Positions 25,463 through 34,179 are shown, counted from the first letter of the stretch. The stretch is 44,151 nucleotides of DNA from an uncultured Clostridia bacterium (GCA_947629635.1 CANREO010000002.1:1-44151); one strand, 5' to 3'. Program-made: numbers and translations. The notes: generated by a model from the letters alone, not told the origin.

Positions 25463-28339
25463 TTACTCTATGCGCAGAGCGTCCACCACGTTCTTCCTCG
25501 ACGCACCGATCGCGGGCAGTATCCCCGACACAACCGTCAGCAAAAAGCTTAGTGCTACAAGCAATAATGCATGCAGAGGGTGGAAATGCAACAGACTGCC
25601 CACACCCACCGTCGCGCCTATAATCGCGCTTATTATCGGGCAAAGCACATAGGTTATGACTATACCTATAATGCCCCCTGCCAGACCTATCAAAGAAGTT
25701 TCGGCAATAAACACGTGCCTTATATCTCTCTTTCGTGCGCCAAGGCTTCTCAAAATGCCTATTTCGCGCGTACGCTCTATGACCGAGTTGGACGTGATGA
25801 CTCCAATCATCACCGTAGACACCACAAGCGATATCGAAGCCACCGCGACGAGCATTGCGGACACGAGATCCAATATAATGTTTATATTGTAGACAATCAT
25901 CTCCGACACGTCGAAATAACCAACGCTCGCCTTCGCCTTGTTGCCGTCCGCTCGCGGATGCTCGTCATTCCATGCGCCTATATAATCGCCTATTGCCTGC
26001 TTCTGTTTATAAGTAGTCGGGAAAAAGTTGTAGTAGGTAGCGGTTTTTGTTGCACCTATCGCCTTTATGAAGCAGGTATAATCGAGAGAGTTCGTTATGC
26101 CTTCCGTTATTTTGCTGTTTTCCTCGAGGACGCTGTCCTTCAAGCGATTGCCGAAGACCGTCATGCCCTCGGCGGAGCTACTCGAACTTGCCATGAGTTC
26201 ACGCTGGCGCACGGCGATCTTGGACGCGTATGCCCTGTCCAAATTGTATTGTCCCAACTCGGGAGTGTAGCATATTGCACCGCCTGCTATATATTGCGCT
26301 TCGGCATCCTTTTTCGGACGAATGACGCCGACTATCTTAAGTTTGGCTTCTTCGTTGTCTTTAAGTTTGTTATACAACTGCCTTATATAGCTTCCGTCGC
26401 CCTCATCTTGGTATTTGCCTATTCTGTCATTGCTTATATTTGTGATCTGAAAACTATCGGGGTCATAATATTCGTCTGCCGTCGGCTCCTGATAATAATC
26501 GTCATTGCCGGCGATCAAAAATTCCAACCCCATGAAATCGTCAAAGGTGATTTCGCTCTTGTCAATCGCGACGGGCTTGCCTGCGTTGTCTCTGTATAAT
26601 GTGCCGTCATCGTTTCGCTTGTAAAGTTTGATACCGAAAGCGTCCAAAAGTTGTTGATCGATACCGTTGCTCTCGTCCACACACAAAACGATCTCGTTTT
26701 TGTTTGACGGATAGTGCCCCTGCAAAACGTCGTACGACTTCTTCATATTTTCTTCGTCGCCGACCATTTGTTGCCAATATTTGGTCTGCAAACCATTGTC
26801 ACCAAGCACCGTCGTCGCTATAGTCAGCGCGGATGACGCGTCGGGACGTTGCGAAATATCCAAATAGAGGTCGTTGCCGTCCTCGTCATACGTCTTTGCA
26901 AGCAGATTGAAGCGCGTGCCGTAAAATGTGCTTATTGCCGAATAGTTTTCCTTGGGCATTTTTTTGATATAATTATCGAAATCCTCCGAAAGCTCGTTGC
27001 GCGTGATGTTGGAAAAGAAAGAGGATATAAGCGCGTCCACAAGTCCGCCCATGCCGCCGCTTCCCTGCGTATCGCCTACAACGACGTGATTGTCGTCGGG
27101 ATAAGCCTTGCTCGGGTCCAAGTTTGTCTGCCCCAATGCGCTCATCATATTCGACACGGCTGACACTTCGACGTTGTACTCGTATATGCCGACAGGCACG
27201 CCCACCAACATTTCCGTTTGCATTTTGTCCACAAATATCGAAAACCCGTTTGATATGGACAACACAAGCCCCAACCCTATTATGCCTATGCTCCCGGCAA
27301 ACGAAGTGAAAAACGTGCGCCTCTTTTTGGAAATGAGGTTGCGCAAGCTAAGCCCGAATGCCATTCCCAATCCCATAGACGTCGGCTTGAAAGCTTTACT
27401 CTTTTTCTCTTTGCGAGATCGTTTTGAAAGATTGTTGAGGCCAAGCTTTTCAAACAACGACATGGTAGAACTGTCCAACTGTCGCATTTCCTTTTTGCGT
27501 TTTCTGTTGGACATCTTCTTTTGTTTTACGGTCGCCGTCGGCTCTGCCTCCGACGCTTCGTCGATATTGTCGGATCTGTAGTTTATATCGTCGATTTCGG
27601 CTGTTAAAGTCTCTTTTATGGCGTCAAGCGTATCGTCGTCTTCCGCATGTTCCGCTTCAGGTTCAAAAGGATTTGTGTCTTCTATAAGCATTCCGTCCTT
27701 AAAACGGCATATCCTCGAGCAGTATGCGTTGGCGAGATCGGAATTGTGTGTCACCATGATCACAAGTCTGTCGTTCGATATCTCGCGCAAAATATCCATC
27801 ACTTGCACGCTCAACTCGCTGTCAAGAGCCCCCGTCGGCTCGTCCGCAAGTATGATCTTGGGGTTATTGACGATTGCACGCGCAATCGCCACTCTCTGCA
27901 TCTGACCTCCGGACAGTTGATTGGGGCGCTTGTTTATTTCCTCCCCCATGCCGACTCTGTATAAGGCGGCAACCGCCTTTTCTCGGCGCGCTTTTTTCTT
28001 TTCTCCGGCAAGACTCAGGGCAAGCTCCACGTTTTCCAGCACCGTTAAATGCGGAATGAGATTGTAGCTTTGGAAGACAAATCCTATCGTCGCATTGCGA
28101 TACGCGTCCCAATGCAGATCGTCGAACGTCGCTGTCGACACGCCTCCTATCACAAGGTCGCCCGAGGTATATCTGTCAAGACCTCCGATTATGTTGAGGA
28201 GCGTGGTTTTTCCGCATCCGCTGGGCCCCAAAACGGCAACAAACTCGTTTTCTCTGAACGTCAAAGATATGCCGCGCAAGGCATGCACCGTAGTCGTCGC
28301 AGTTGGATATTCTTTTACGATATTCGACAGCGTAAGCAT
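25463..28339 (-). CDS. MacB-type fused ABC transporter (ATPase + FtsX permease) with a very large extracytoplasmic domain
   Basis: 958 aa. Walker A GPSGCGKTT, signature LSGGQMQR, Walker B ILADEPT. A Lys-rich linker is followed by TM1, a ~480-aa loop, and the C-terminal FtsX helices (GILRSLGARKRDI). Confidence 0.85.
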   Translation of the reverse strand: MLTLSNIVKEYPTATTTVHALRGISLTFRENEFVAVLGPSGCGKTTLLNIIGGLDRYTSGDLVIGGVSTATFDDLHWDAYRNATIGFVFQSYNLIPHLTVLENVELALSLAGEKKKARREKAVAALYRVGMGEEINKRPNQLSGGQMQRVAIARAIVNNPKIILADEPTGALDSELSVQVMDILREISNDRLVIMVTHNSDLANAYCSRICRFKDGMLIEDTNPFEPEAEHAEDDDTLDAIKETLTAEIDDINYRSDNIDEASEAEPTATVKQKKMSNRKRKKEMRQLDSSTMSLFEKLGLNNLSKRSRKEKKSKAFKPTSMGLGMAFGLSLRNLISKKRRTFFTSFAGSIGIIGLGLVLSISNGFSIFVDKMQTEMLVGVPVGIYEYNVEVSAVSNMMSALGQTNLDPSKAYPDDNHVVVGDTQGSGGMGGLVDALISSFFSNITRNELSEDFDNYIKKMPKENYSAISTFYGTRFNLLAKTYDEDGNDLYLDISQRPDASSALTIATTVLGDNGLQTKYWQQMVGDEENMKKSYDVLQGHYPSNKNEIVLCVDESNGIDQQLLDAFGIKLYKRNDDGTLYRDNAGKPVAIDKSEITFDDFMGLEFLIAGNDDYYQEPTADEYYDPDSFQITNISNDRIGKYQDEGDGSYIRQLYNKLKDNEEAKLKIVGVIRPKKDAEAQYIAGGAICYTPELGQYNLDRAYASKIAVRQRELMASSSSSAEGMTVFGNRLKDSVLEENSKITEGITNSLDYTCFIKAIGATKTATYYNFFPTTYKQKQAIGDYIGAWNDEHPRADGNKAKASVGYFDVSEMIVYNINIILDLVSAMLVAVASISLVVSTVMIGVITSNSVIERTREIGILRSLGARKRDIRHVFIAETSLIGLAGGIIGIVITYVLCPIISAIIGATVGVGSLLHFHPLHALLLVALSFLLTVVSGILPAIGASRKNVVDALRIE

Positions 28340-28342
28340 CTC

Positions 28343-28939
28343 TCACTCCTCCGCATCATCAAAATTCTTAAATAAAACAAGTCCCTTCGTCAGCAATTCG
28401 GATATGCGCAAACTCAACTCTTCCAACGTAAGGCTGCTTTGATGGTTAAACCAAAGTTTAAAACATTCTCCTGTGCCGGCGGTGATGAATGCGGCGATAT
28501 ATTTCGCTCGAGCGGCGTCTATGGGTACGTCGTGCTCTTCCACAAATTTCAAAAATGCCGCAACCACTCTGCAGTTCAACTTTTCAAGCAGCCTTCCCGA
28601 ATTGTTGCTACTCAAAATATAACGATTTGTGTCATCGTATTTGACGATTTCTTCCGCAATTGCGCTGAGCAGCGGATAAGGATTGACCATGCTTTTGAGC
28701 CAATCGTTTTCGTCCATAATTTTGTCTATATTGGAAAGGATCTCATTTTCGATGTCGTCTCTCAAGTCGGCGACGGTATCATAGTATACATAAAACGTGC
28801 TGCGCGTTATATTCGCTTTTGCCACAAGTTCGCTGATGGTTATATCCGACATGTCTTTTGTATGAATGAGATCGTTGAAAGCCTTGCGTATGGCGCGTTT
28901 GGTTTTTATCACTCTTTTATCGATTTTTGCGTTTTCCAT
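28343..28939 (-). CDS. TetR/AcrR family transcriptional regulator
   Basis: Start ATG 28939 with SD GAGGAA. HTH ITISELVAKANITRSTFYVYY. The stop is 3 nt before the ABC start. Confidence 0.85.
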   Translation of the reverse strand: MENAKIDKRVIKTKRAIRKAFNDLIHTKDMSDITISELVAKANITRSTFYVYYDTVADLRDDIENEILSNIDKIMDENDWLKSMVNPYPLLSAIAEEIVKYDDTNRYILSSNNSGRLLEKLNCRVVAAFLKFVEEHDVPIDAARAKYIAAFITAGTGECFKLWFNHQSSLTLEELSLRISELLTKGLVLFKNFDDAEE

Positions 28940-29107
28940 ATTCGTTCCTCGAGTTCGATAAAGAATCAACATATTAAGCTACAATTATTTTATCATACGA
29001 GTGTTTGTTTTCAAGTGATTTTTGCAATTTTTTTCTTAATTTTTATATATAATTTTGCCGGTATAGTTGTCGCAAAGTGCGCCATGCTACAAGAAAGGAG
29101 AATCGCA

Positions 29108-29617
29108 ATGAAAGACAAAAAAGAAAGACGATACAACCCACCGCTTGCGCACAGCAATCTTACCGAGCATGAAAACATGCGCTCTCATTACGACCCGAAC
29201 GGCAGTTGGACGGGCACGCCCGACGGCTGGGATAAAGACACCGACGTGCATGACGATAAACATGATGTGGAAAGCGGCAAAGACATCTATGAATATCCCC
29301 TAGAGGGCATTGTCGCCCCTTCGGACGGAAAAACTTATGAGCAAAACACGCGCAATCTCATAAAAAACGACTTAGAGAGCGGCAAAGATATATATGACGA
29401 TCGCGACCGCATGGAAAATCGCGCGTCTCATAACAACCGCTCGACGTACGACGGTAAGCACGATATCGAAAGCAGTGGCGACATATATCCGTTGGGCGAC
29501 GAAGGCGCGCCCTGCGACGAGGACGGCTATCCATCTGTGCCCGACGGGGAACTTCCGATATGGAAGTCCGGAATCAAACAAGACGTCACCCCCGTGCAAG
29601 ACGCAGACGATCTGTAA
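29108..29617 (+). CDS. Acidic 169-aa protein with three D-x-HD-[VI]-ES-x-DIY repeats, unknown function
   Basis: SD AAAGGAGA, 7 nt before ATG 29108, and a terminator directly after the stop. The upstream part of the track ORF (28439-29107) is antisense to the TetR gene and is not credible. Confidence 0.6.
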   Translation: MKDKKERRYNPPLAHSNLTEHENMRSHYDPNGSWTGTPDGWDKDTDVHDDKHDVESGKDIYEYPLEGIVAPSDGKTYEQNTRNLIKNDLESGKDIYDDRDRMENRASHNNRSTYDGKHDIESSGDIYPLGDEGAPCDEDGYPSVPDGELPIWKSGIKQDVTPVQDADDL

Positions 29618-29620
29618 AAA

Positions 29621-29644
29621 AAGCCCACGCATCGGGCTTTTTTT
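29621..29644 (+). terminator. Terminator after the acidic repeat protein
   Basis: AAGCCC-ACGCATC-GGGCTT followed by a T-run. Confidence 0.75.
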
Positions 29645-29706
29645 ACAGACTTTTTATTGCGCATTTACTTCGCACGCTTGCCGACATATACAAAACGAGC
29701 GTTGCG

Positions 29707-29901
29707 TCAATCCTTTTTCAATTTGCATTTATTGCCGTTTTTGTCAATGACATACGTGTTGTCAAGTTGACCGCGCATATTGCCCACGACGCTGTCTATA
29801 TATGCTCGCCGAAGCTGTGCCTGCTCCTCTTTTTCTGCGTCGCTCAACCCCACGGTTTTTGCTTTTTTGGCCAATTCGTTTATTCTTGCAATATCCAACA
29901 T
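29707..29901 (-). CDS. DUF896 (UPF0291, YnzC-like) small protein
   Basis: 64 aa. INELAKKAK...LSDAEKEEQAQLRRAYI is typical of the family. SD AAGAGG. Confidence 0.8.
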   Translation of the reverse strand: MLDIARINELAKKAKTVGLSDAEKEEQAQLRRAYIDSVVGNMRGQLDNTYVIDKNGNKCKLKKD

Positions 29902-29920
29902 ATTTGCCTCTTTTCAATGT

Positions 29921-30583
29921 TTATGTATGCCAATCTATAGGTTTAAGTCCGTTTTCCGTCAAAAACTTGTTGCATTTTGAAAAGTGTCTGCATCCGAAAA
30001 ATCCGTAATACGCGCTCAGCGGCGACGGATGAGGGCACTCCAAAACAAGATGTTGCGGCGATGTTATCAGTGCCTTTTTTGAGCGTGCGTTGCCGCCCCA
30101 CAGCAAAAACACAATGGGTTGTTTGCGCGCGTTCAATTTGCATATGATGCTGTCTGTCAGCGTCTCCCACCCCTTGCCTTTATGAGAGTTCGGTTGCCCT
30201 TCGCGCACGGTCAACACCGTGTTGAGCAACAGGACCCCCTGTTCCGCCCAAGGCACAAGATAAGGCGAGACGTTGCGTATGCCCAGATCGTCCTCTATCT
30301 CCTTAAATATATTTTGCAGAGATGGCGGAGCCGGCACGCCCGGCTTTACCGAAAAGCACATGCCGTGCGCCTGCCCGGGCCCGTGATAAGGGTCCTGCCC
30401 CAATATCACTGCTTTTACATCCTCGAAAGCGGTATATTTGAGCGCATTGAAAATGTCGTGCATATCGGGGTAGATCGTATGCGTACGATATTCGGAAGCC
30501 AAAAAAGCGCGCAATGCTCGGTAGTTTTCGCTCGCAAAATCCTCTGCTAAAATATTGTCCCAACTGTTTCCTATATTTACCAT
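29921..30583 (-). CDS. ung: Uracil-DNA glycosylase (family 1)
   Basis: 220 aa. GQDPYHGPGQAHGMCFSV and HPSPLSA. Confidence 0.95.
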   Translation of the reverse strand: MVNIGNSWDNILAEDFASENYRALRAFLASEYRTHTIYPDMHDIFNALKYTAFEDVKAVILGQDPYHGPGQAHGMCFSVKPGVPAPPSLQNIFKEIEDDLGIRNVSPYLVPWAEQGVLLLNTVLTVREGQPNSHKGKGWETLTDSIICKLNARKQPIVFLLWGGNARSKKALITSPQHLVLECPHPSPLSAYYGFFGCRHFSKCNKFLTENGLKPIDWHT

Positions 30584-30589
30584 ATATAC

Positions 30590-30598
30590 ATTATATCA
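30590..30598 (-). promoter_or_regulatory. Extended -10 (TGaTATAAT) 6 nt upstream of the ung ATG (candidate leaderless)
   Basis: On the minus strand: TGATATAAT-GTATAT-ATG. No SD. Confidence 0.55.
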
Positions 30599-30684
30599 CA
30601 TAAATTTTTTTGCGCAAGGTATACAAAGCGCTCCTTTGCGTCATACTACATTCAGAAGGCGGAAGCCTAAAAAGGAGAAATAAT

Positions 30685-30816
30685 ATGGCAAAGACAAATT
30701 CAACAAGCAAGCAATCGACAAAAAAACAGCCCTCTGACTGCCACTGCACAGAGACGAAATCCACTAAATCCAAGGCGGAAGGAAAGGCGTCAAAGGATTG
30801 CACCGATTGCAAATAA
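30685..30816 (+). CDS. 43-aa Lys/Ser/Thr-rich microprotein with CHC...CxxC
   Basis: SD AAAGGAGA, 7 nt before the ATG, and a strong terminator 20 nt after the stop. Sequence MAKTNSTSKQSTKKQPSDCHCTETKSTKSKAEGKASKDCTDCK. Confidence 0.5.
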   Translation: MAKTNSTSKQSTKKQPSDCHCTETKSTKSKAEGKASKDCTDCK

Positions 30817-30835
30817 CTATCGATAAAAATTTAAA

Positions 30836-30861
30836 GTCGCGGATACCGCGACTTTTATTTT
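30836..30861 (+). terminator. Terminator after the microprotein
   Basis: GTCGCGG-ATA-CCGCGAC followed by TTTTATTTT. Confidence 0.75.
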
Positions 30862-30870
30862 TGCAACATA

Positions 30871-30899
30871 TTGTCATCGTCGCACGTTTGGAGTATAAT
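30871..30899 (+). promoter_or_regulatory. Promoter of the PRTase/deaminase pair
   Basis: TTGTCA, 17 nt, TATAAT, followed by SD GGAGG and ATG 30917. Confidence 0.6.
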
Positions 30900-30916
30900 A
30901 TCGTTCGGAGGTTGCT

Positions 30917-31456
30917 ATGAACGAAATATATACCTTAGATATATGCGGCTACGAAGCCCGTTTGCCCATACTTCCGTTGCCGTCGGGAGTGCGCATATGT
31001 TTTTTCAATCTTCACGGCGATCAGGCGCTCACCGAGCATTGCGGCAAGGAAATCGCAAAACGTCTTCCGCCTTGCGACGTAATCATCACGGCGGAATCCA
31101 AGGGCTTGCAGCTTGCGCACGTCGTAGCGCGCGAGTTGGGACAACATTATTATGCGGTTTGCCGAAAATCCAAAAAACTCTACATGCAAGACGGTATCGA
31201 GTCTTCCGTGAGATCGATCACTACCGGCGACGTGCAAACTCTGTATCTCAGCAAGCATGACGTCGATCTGCTAAAAGGAAAACGCGTCGTAATAGTCGAC
31301 GACGTCGTGTCGACAGGCGGAAGCCTTATCGGCCTCGAGGATATTGTAAAGAAGGCAGACGGTATTATCGTGGGCAAAGCGTTTGTGTTGGCCGAAGGCG
31401 ACGCCGCCAAACGCGACGATATTTTATATCTCGCCTCTATACCTCTATTGAAATGA
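30917..31456 (+). CDS. Type I phosphoribosyltransferase (purine PRTase-like)
   Basis: 179 aa with PRPP-binding loop VVIVDDVVSTGGS. Confidence 0.7.
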   Translation: MNEIYTLDICGYEARLPILPLPSGVRICFFNLHGDQALTEHCGKEIAKRLPPCDVIITAESKGLQLAHVVARELGQHYYAVCRKSKKLYMQDGIESSVRSITTGDVQTLYLSKHDVDLLKGKRVVIVDDVVSTGGSLIGLEDIVKKADGIIVGKAFVLAEGDAAKRDDILYLASIPLLK

Positions 31457-31920
31457 GCGATGATATAAAATTTATGAAGCTTGCGCTGAAATGCGCTTCC
31501 GCGGCGGTTTCACACGGCAACGAACCTTTCGGCGCGGTATTGGTTAAGGACGGAAAAGTTGTCGCTTCAAGCGAAAATCGCATATATTCGGCCAATGATT
31601 TTACGCGACATGCGGAAATCGAACTAATTCGGGAATATTGCAAAGTTACGGGCGACCCGATTTTGAAGGATTGCACGCTTTATACAAGTTGCGAGCCATG
31701 TTATATGTGCAGCGGCGCAATGATTTGGGCAAAGTTGGGCAGATTGGTTTACGGCGCAAGCGACACAGATTTGGGCGAAATTTTGGGGATAAAGGGTTCT
31801 ACTTGCTGTCAAAGCGTTTTTGACTCATATCCCGATTCGCCGGAGATCGTATCCGGCGTCCTGCGAGATGAGAGCATCGCCATTTTGAAAAGTTATTTCG
31901 AAAATCATAATAAAAATTAG
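31453..31920 (+). CDS. CMP/dCMP-type zinc deaminase (TadA/guanine-deaminase-like)
   Basis: 155 aa with HAEIELI and PCYMCSGAM zinc motifs. It overlaps the PRTase stop by 4 nt (ATGA). Confidence 0.8.
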   Translation: MSDDIKFMKLALKCASAAVSHGNEPFGAVLVKDGKVVASSENRIYSANDFTRHAEIELIREYCKVTGDPILKDCTLYTSCEPCYMCSGAMIWAKLGRLVYGASDTDLGEILGIKGSTCCQSVFDSYPDSPEIVSGVLRDESIAILKSYFENHNKN

Positions 31921-31945
31921 ATCGATCGCAAAATTGCGATCGATC
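31920..31945. terminator. Perfect 12-bp palindrome bridging two convergent stop codons
   Basis: GATCGATCGCAA-AA-TTGCGATCGATC, with an A-run before and a T-run after. Confidence 0.6.
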
Positions 31946-33434
31946 ATTTTATTCCGTCCAAAATTTCCATGAGCCTGGGCTTCAAAAGTTGCCAGTCTAT
32001 GCCGAGTCCGATATGGTTGGAATTTAGCCTTATCACTCTGCCCGTCTCGCGCAGAGCGTTCATCTGCGCTCCGCTTCCGCCGAAGAATGAATAAAACGGA
32101 CTTGTCCCGTCGCCGTCGCCGCCGCCTCGATTAACAGACAAAGAGTAATCGTATATTTGATTTCCGTAGCTGTCATATTCGCCGACTCTCGCTTCGCAAC
32201 TTATACCCGTAACGGTGGTACTGCCGTTTGGGAAAAGATAATAGGATTTTACGCTTTCCGACGCGATCATGCCGTTTACAAACATGCCGTCATAATAGTT
32301 TTTCAAGTCGGCAACGATCTGTTTTATCAGATATCCGTCGCCGTCATCGGGTTGCCCTGCCTCCGCCAAAACTTTTTGATACATTCCTTTATTGTCGTCG
32401 TATTCCGTTCTGTACGCAAAAGGACGAGTATTGTAAAACGCATATATCTCTTCCGCAGACGAAAGGGCGCGATTGCCGACCAAAATCCCTCCGGTACTGC
32501 CGTCGTACTGCCCCGACGCAAGCAGTTGCGGCGCCGGAAGCATGCATATAAGCGCCTTATTGCTCGTGACAAAGTTGCACCCTTCCTCTTTTTTGAGGAA
32601 ATTCAACAACATAGTTTTAACATCATCGTTTGTCAGGGGTTTGCCAAACACATTTATATTGTATGCGGACACATCTACGTCGCCAAGCAATCTGTCCAAA
32701 TACAAATCCGGCGACACGAGCGCGGCAAGCGCGTCAAAGTTGCCGAAGACCGTAGGAGCAAGTTCTATATTGATGGCGGTATTTTTGCGATTGTTTTTAT
32801 TTCTCGCCAAATATTGGTTTACAAGAGCGCTGCCTTGTCCGTGCGAAATCAATATATTTCCGCAAAAACGGGAGCCGTTTATATATTCTTGCAATCGCAC
32901 GGCTTCCGTTGCCGGACTTTGTCGCCAATCCCAATTGAATACCCTCACTTCGTATTTGTCGCCGTACTCCTCTTTCAGCCCCTCGGCGAGTTGTCTGTAC
33001 ATGCCGAACACGCCGTAACTGAGCGAGTTGTCATAAAAAGGCATCGGCTCTATTTTATCGTCGTACGGAGTCCCGTCCTGCTTCATGGACAATCTGTACG
33101 CGAGGCTATCCTCTCGGAAGGCGAGCGACTCAAGAGCAATTTGTATGAGCGACTGTTTTTCTTCGTCGTCGAAATTTCCTATTATTTGTTCTATGGAGAT
33201 CTCTCCTCGGACGGCCGCGACAACGTCTACGTCGGTCGCTATAGGATCCCAAATACCTTCCGCGGACGAGGGTTCGTAAAATGCGCTTGCAAAAATATCG
33301 GGGACAATTATTATCGCCCCTCGCTTATGCCTGTCGCATGCCGAAAAAGCCGCCGCCGCGCCCATCGCGATCGCGAACGCAAGCAACACAACCATAAGAT
33401 GCTTTATTGTCGTTTTTGCGCTTAACTTTACCAT
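31944..33434 (-). CDS. LCAT/PGAP1-like alpha/beta-hydrolase-fold lipoprotein with an altered nucleophile motif
   Basis: 496 aa with lipobox FSAC. NWDWR is followed 22 aa later by ILISHGQGS, where LCAT-like enzymes have xxxGHSxG. Confidence 0.55.
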   Translation of the reverse strand: MVKLSAKTTIKHLMVVLLAFAIAMGAAAAFSACDRHKRGAIIIVPDIFASAFYEPSSAEGIWDPIATDVDVVAAVRGEISIEQIIGNFDDEEKQSLIQIALESLAFREDSLAYRLSMKQDGTPYDDKIEPMPFYDNSLSYGVFGMYRQLAEGLKEEYGDKYEVRVFNWDWRQSPATEAVRLQEYINGSRFCGNILISHGQGSALVNQYLARNKNNRKNTAINIELAPTVFGNFDALAALVSPDLYLDRLLGDVDVSAYNINVFGKPLTNDDVKTMLLNFLKKEEGCNFVTSNKALICMLPAPQLLASGQYDGSTGGILVGNRALSSAEEIYAFYNTRPFAYRTEYDDNKGMYQKVLAEAGQPDDGDGYLIKQIVADLKNYYDGMFVNGMIASESVKSYYLFPNGSTTVTGISCEARVGEYDSYGNQIYDYSLSVNRGGGDGDGTSPFYSFFGGSGAQMNALRETGRVIRLNSNHIGLGIDWQLLKPRLMEILDGIK

Positions 33435-33444
33435 TTCTCGAGTT

Positions 33445-34167
33445 TTATTTAGAAAGCAGATACATATTCAAAAGTTCCTGCATGCGCGACGCCTCTCTCG
33501 TGCAAAGTCGTCTGAAGCCCAATGCTCGGGAAAGTCCGTACCAAATGGCCTTGATCATCAACACGTCCCTGGAATCCAAAGCCGCCGCAAATCCCTCGAG
33601 CATCACCGTAAATTCCTCTCTCTCTGCGCTGTCGAGGTCGGACTCTTTTACGATTTTCGTCATTTCGACAAGCAACGATTCCGTCTGTTTGCTCAGTCCG
33701 TCGTTTGCAAGCGCGACCTCCCTTTTTACGGGCGTGGGCTCATCGCTGACGCCGTCGCGGACGAAGGCGCAGACCGCAAACTTAAACGGCTCCAACACGG
33801 CGGAATAAAAAGCCGCGAAGCTGTCGCTCCTTGTGGTTGAAGGATAATATTTGCAAGCAAAAGTGACTATATCCATATCTCCGGCGTCGAATTCCACCAG
33901 CATTCCGGCAACAAGAGCGACCATGGTCTTCTTGTTTTTCGGAAGACGAAAAACGTACGAATTGCCCAATTTCCCCGTTGAACGGCCTTTTTCGTAATCA
34001 TAATTGAAGTTGCGATTGCACTGTTCCAAAACCTTCCTGAATTCCGGATAATAGACAAGACATTTCAAGATGGAGCGCAGATTTTTGTCCAAATTGAGAG
34101 TATTGCCGGTCCTTAAATCGTCAAATGCGCTTGTCAGCGCCTGTATGCATTCTCCGTTGTTTTGCAT
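33445..34167 (-). CDS. Hypothetical soluble, predicted helical protein
   Basis: 240 aa. SD AAGGAGG. It is tightly packed between DUF2804 (12-nt gap) and the lipoprotein gene (10-nt gap). No motif recognised. Confidence 0.55.
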   Translation of the reverse strand: MQNNGECIQALTSAFDDLRTGNTLNLDKNLRSILKCLVYYPEFRKVLEQCNRNFNYDYEKGRSTGKLGNSYVFRLPKNKKTMVALVAGMLVEFDAGDMDIVTFACKYYPSTTRSDSFAAFYSAVLEPFKFAVCAFVRDGVSDEPTPVKREVALANDGLSKQTESLLVEMTKIVKESDLDSAEREEFTVMLEGFAAALDSRDVLMIKAIWYGLSRALGFRRLCTREASRMQELLNMYLLSK

Positions 34168-34179
34168 ATCCGCCTCCTT

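Noticed and set aside
25463-28339. ABC ATPase-permease fusion as a possible frameshift artefact, by analogy with birA-bioY.
   Set aside because: The fused ATPase + FtsX architecture is the normal MacB arrangement. The linker is long and Lys/Glu-rich, and I see no alternative-frame stop or start signature at the junction.
28439-29107. Upstream 223 codons of the 392-aa track ORF 28439-29617.
   Set aside because: This part is antisense to the TetR gene and crosses the divergent promoter region. The credible CDS begins at ATG 29108, which has a strong SD.
30817-30916. Purine riboswitch ahead of the PRTase/deaminase pair.
   Set aside because: The promoter -10 ends at 30899, so the 5' UTR is only about 10 nt. 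That leaves no room for an aptamer.
32157-33425. A 422-aa ORF on the plus strand. Similar long antisense ORFs occur at 1338-2354, 14544-15533, 23270-24148, 25571-26599 and 35574-36098.
   Set aside because: All are exact antisense shadows of genes with clear motifs, SDs, signal peptides or lipoboxes. Their translations are Arg/Cys/His-rich and low-complexity, with no SD.
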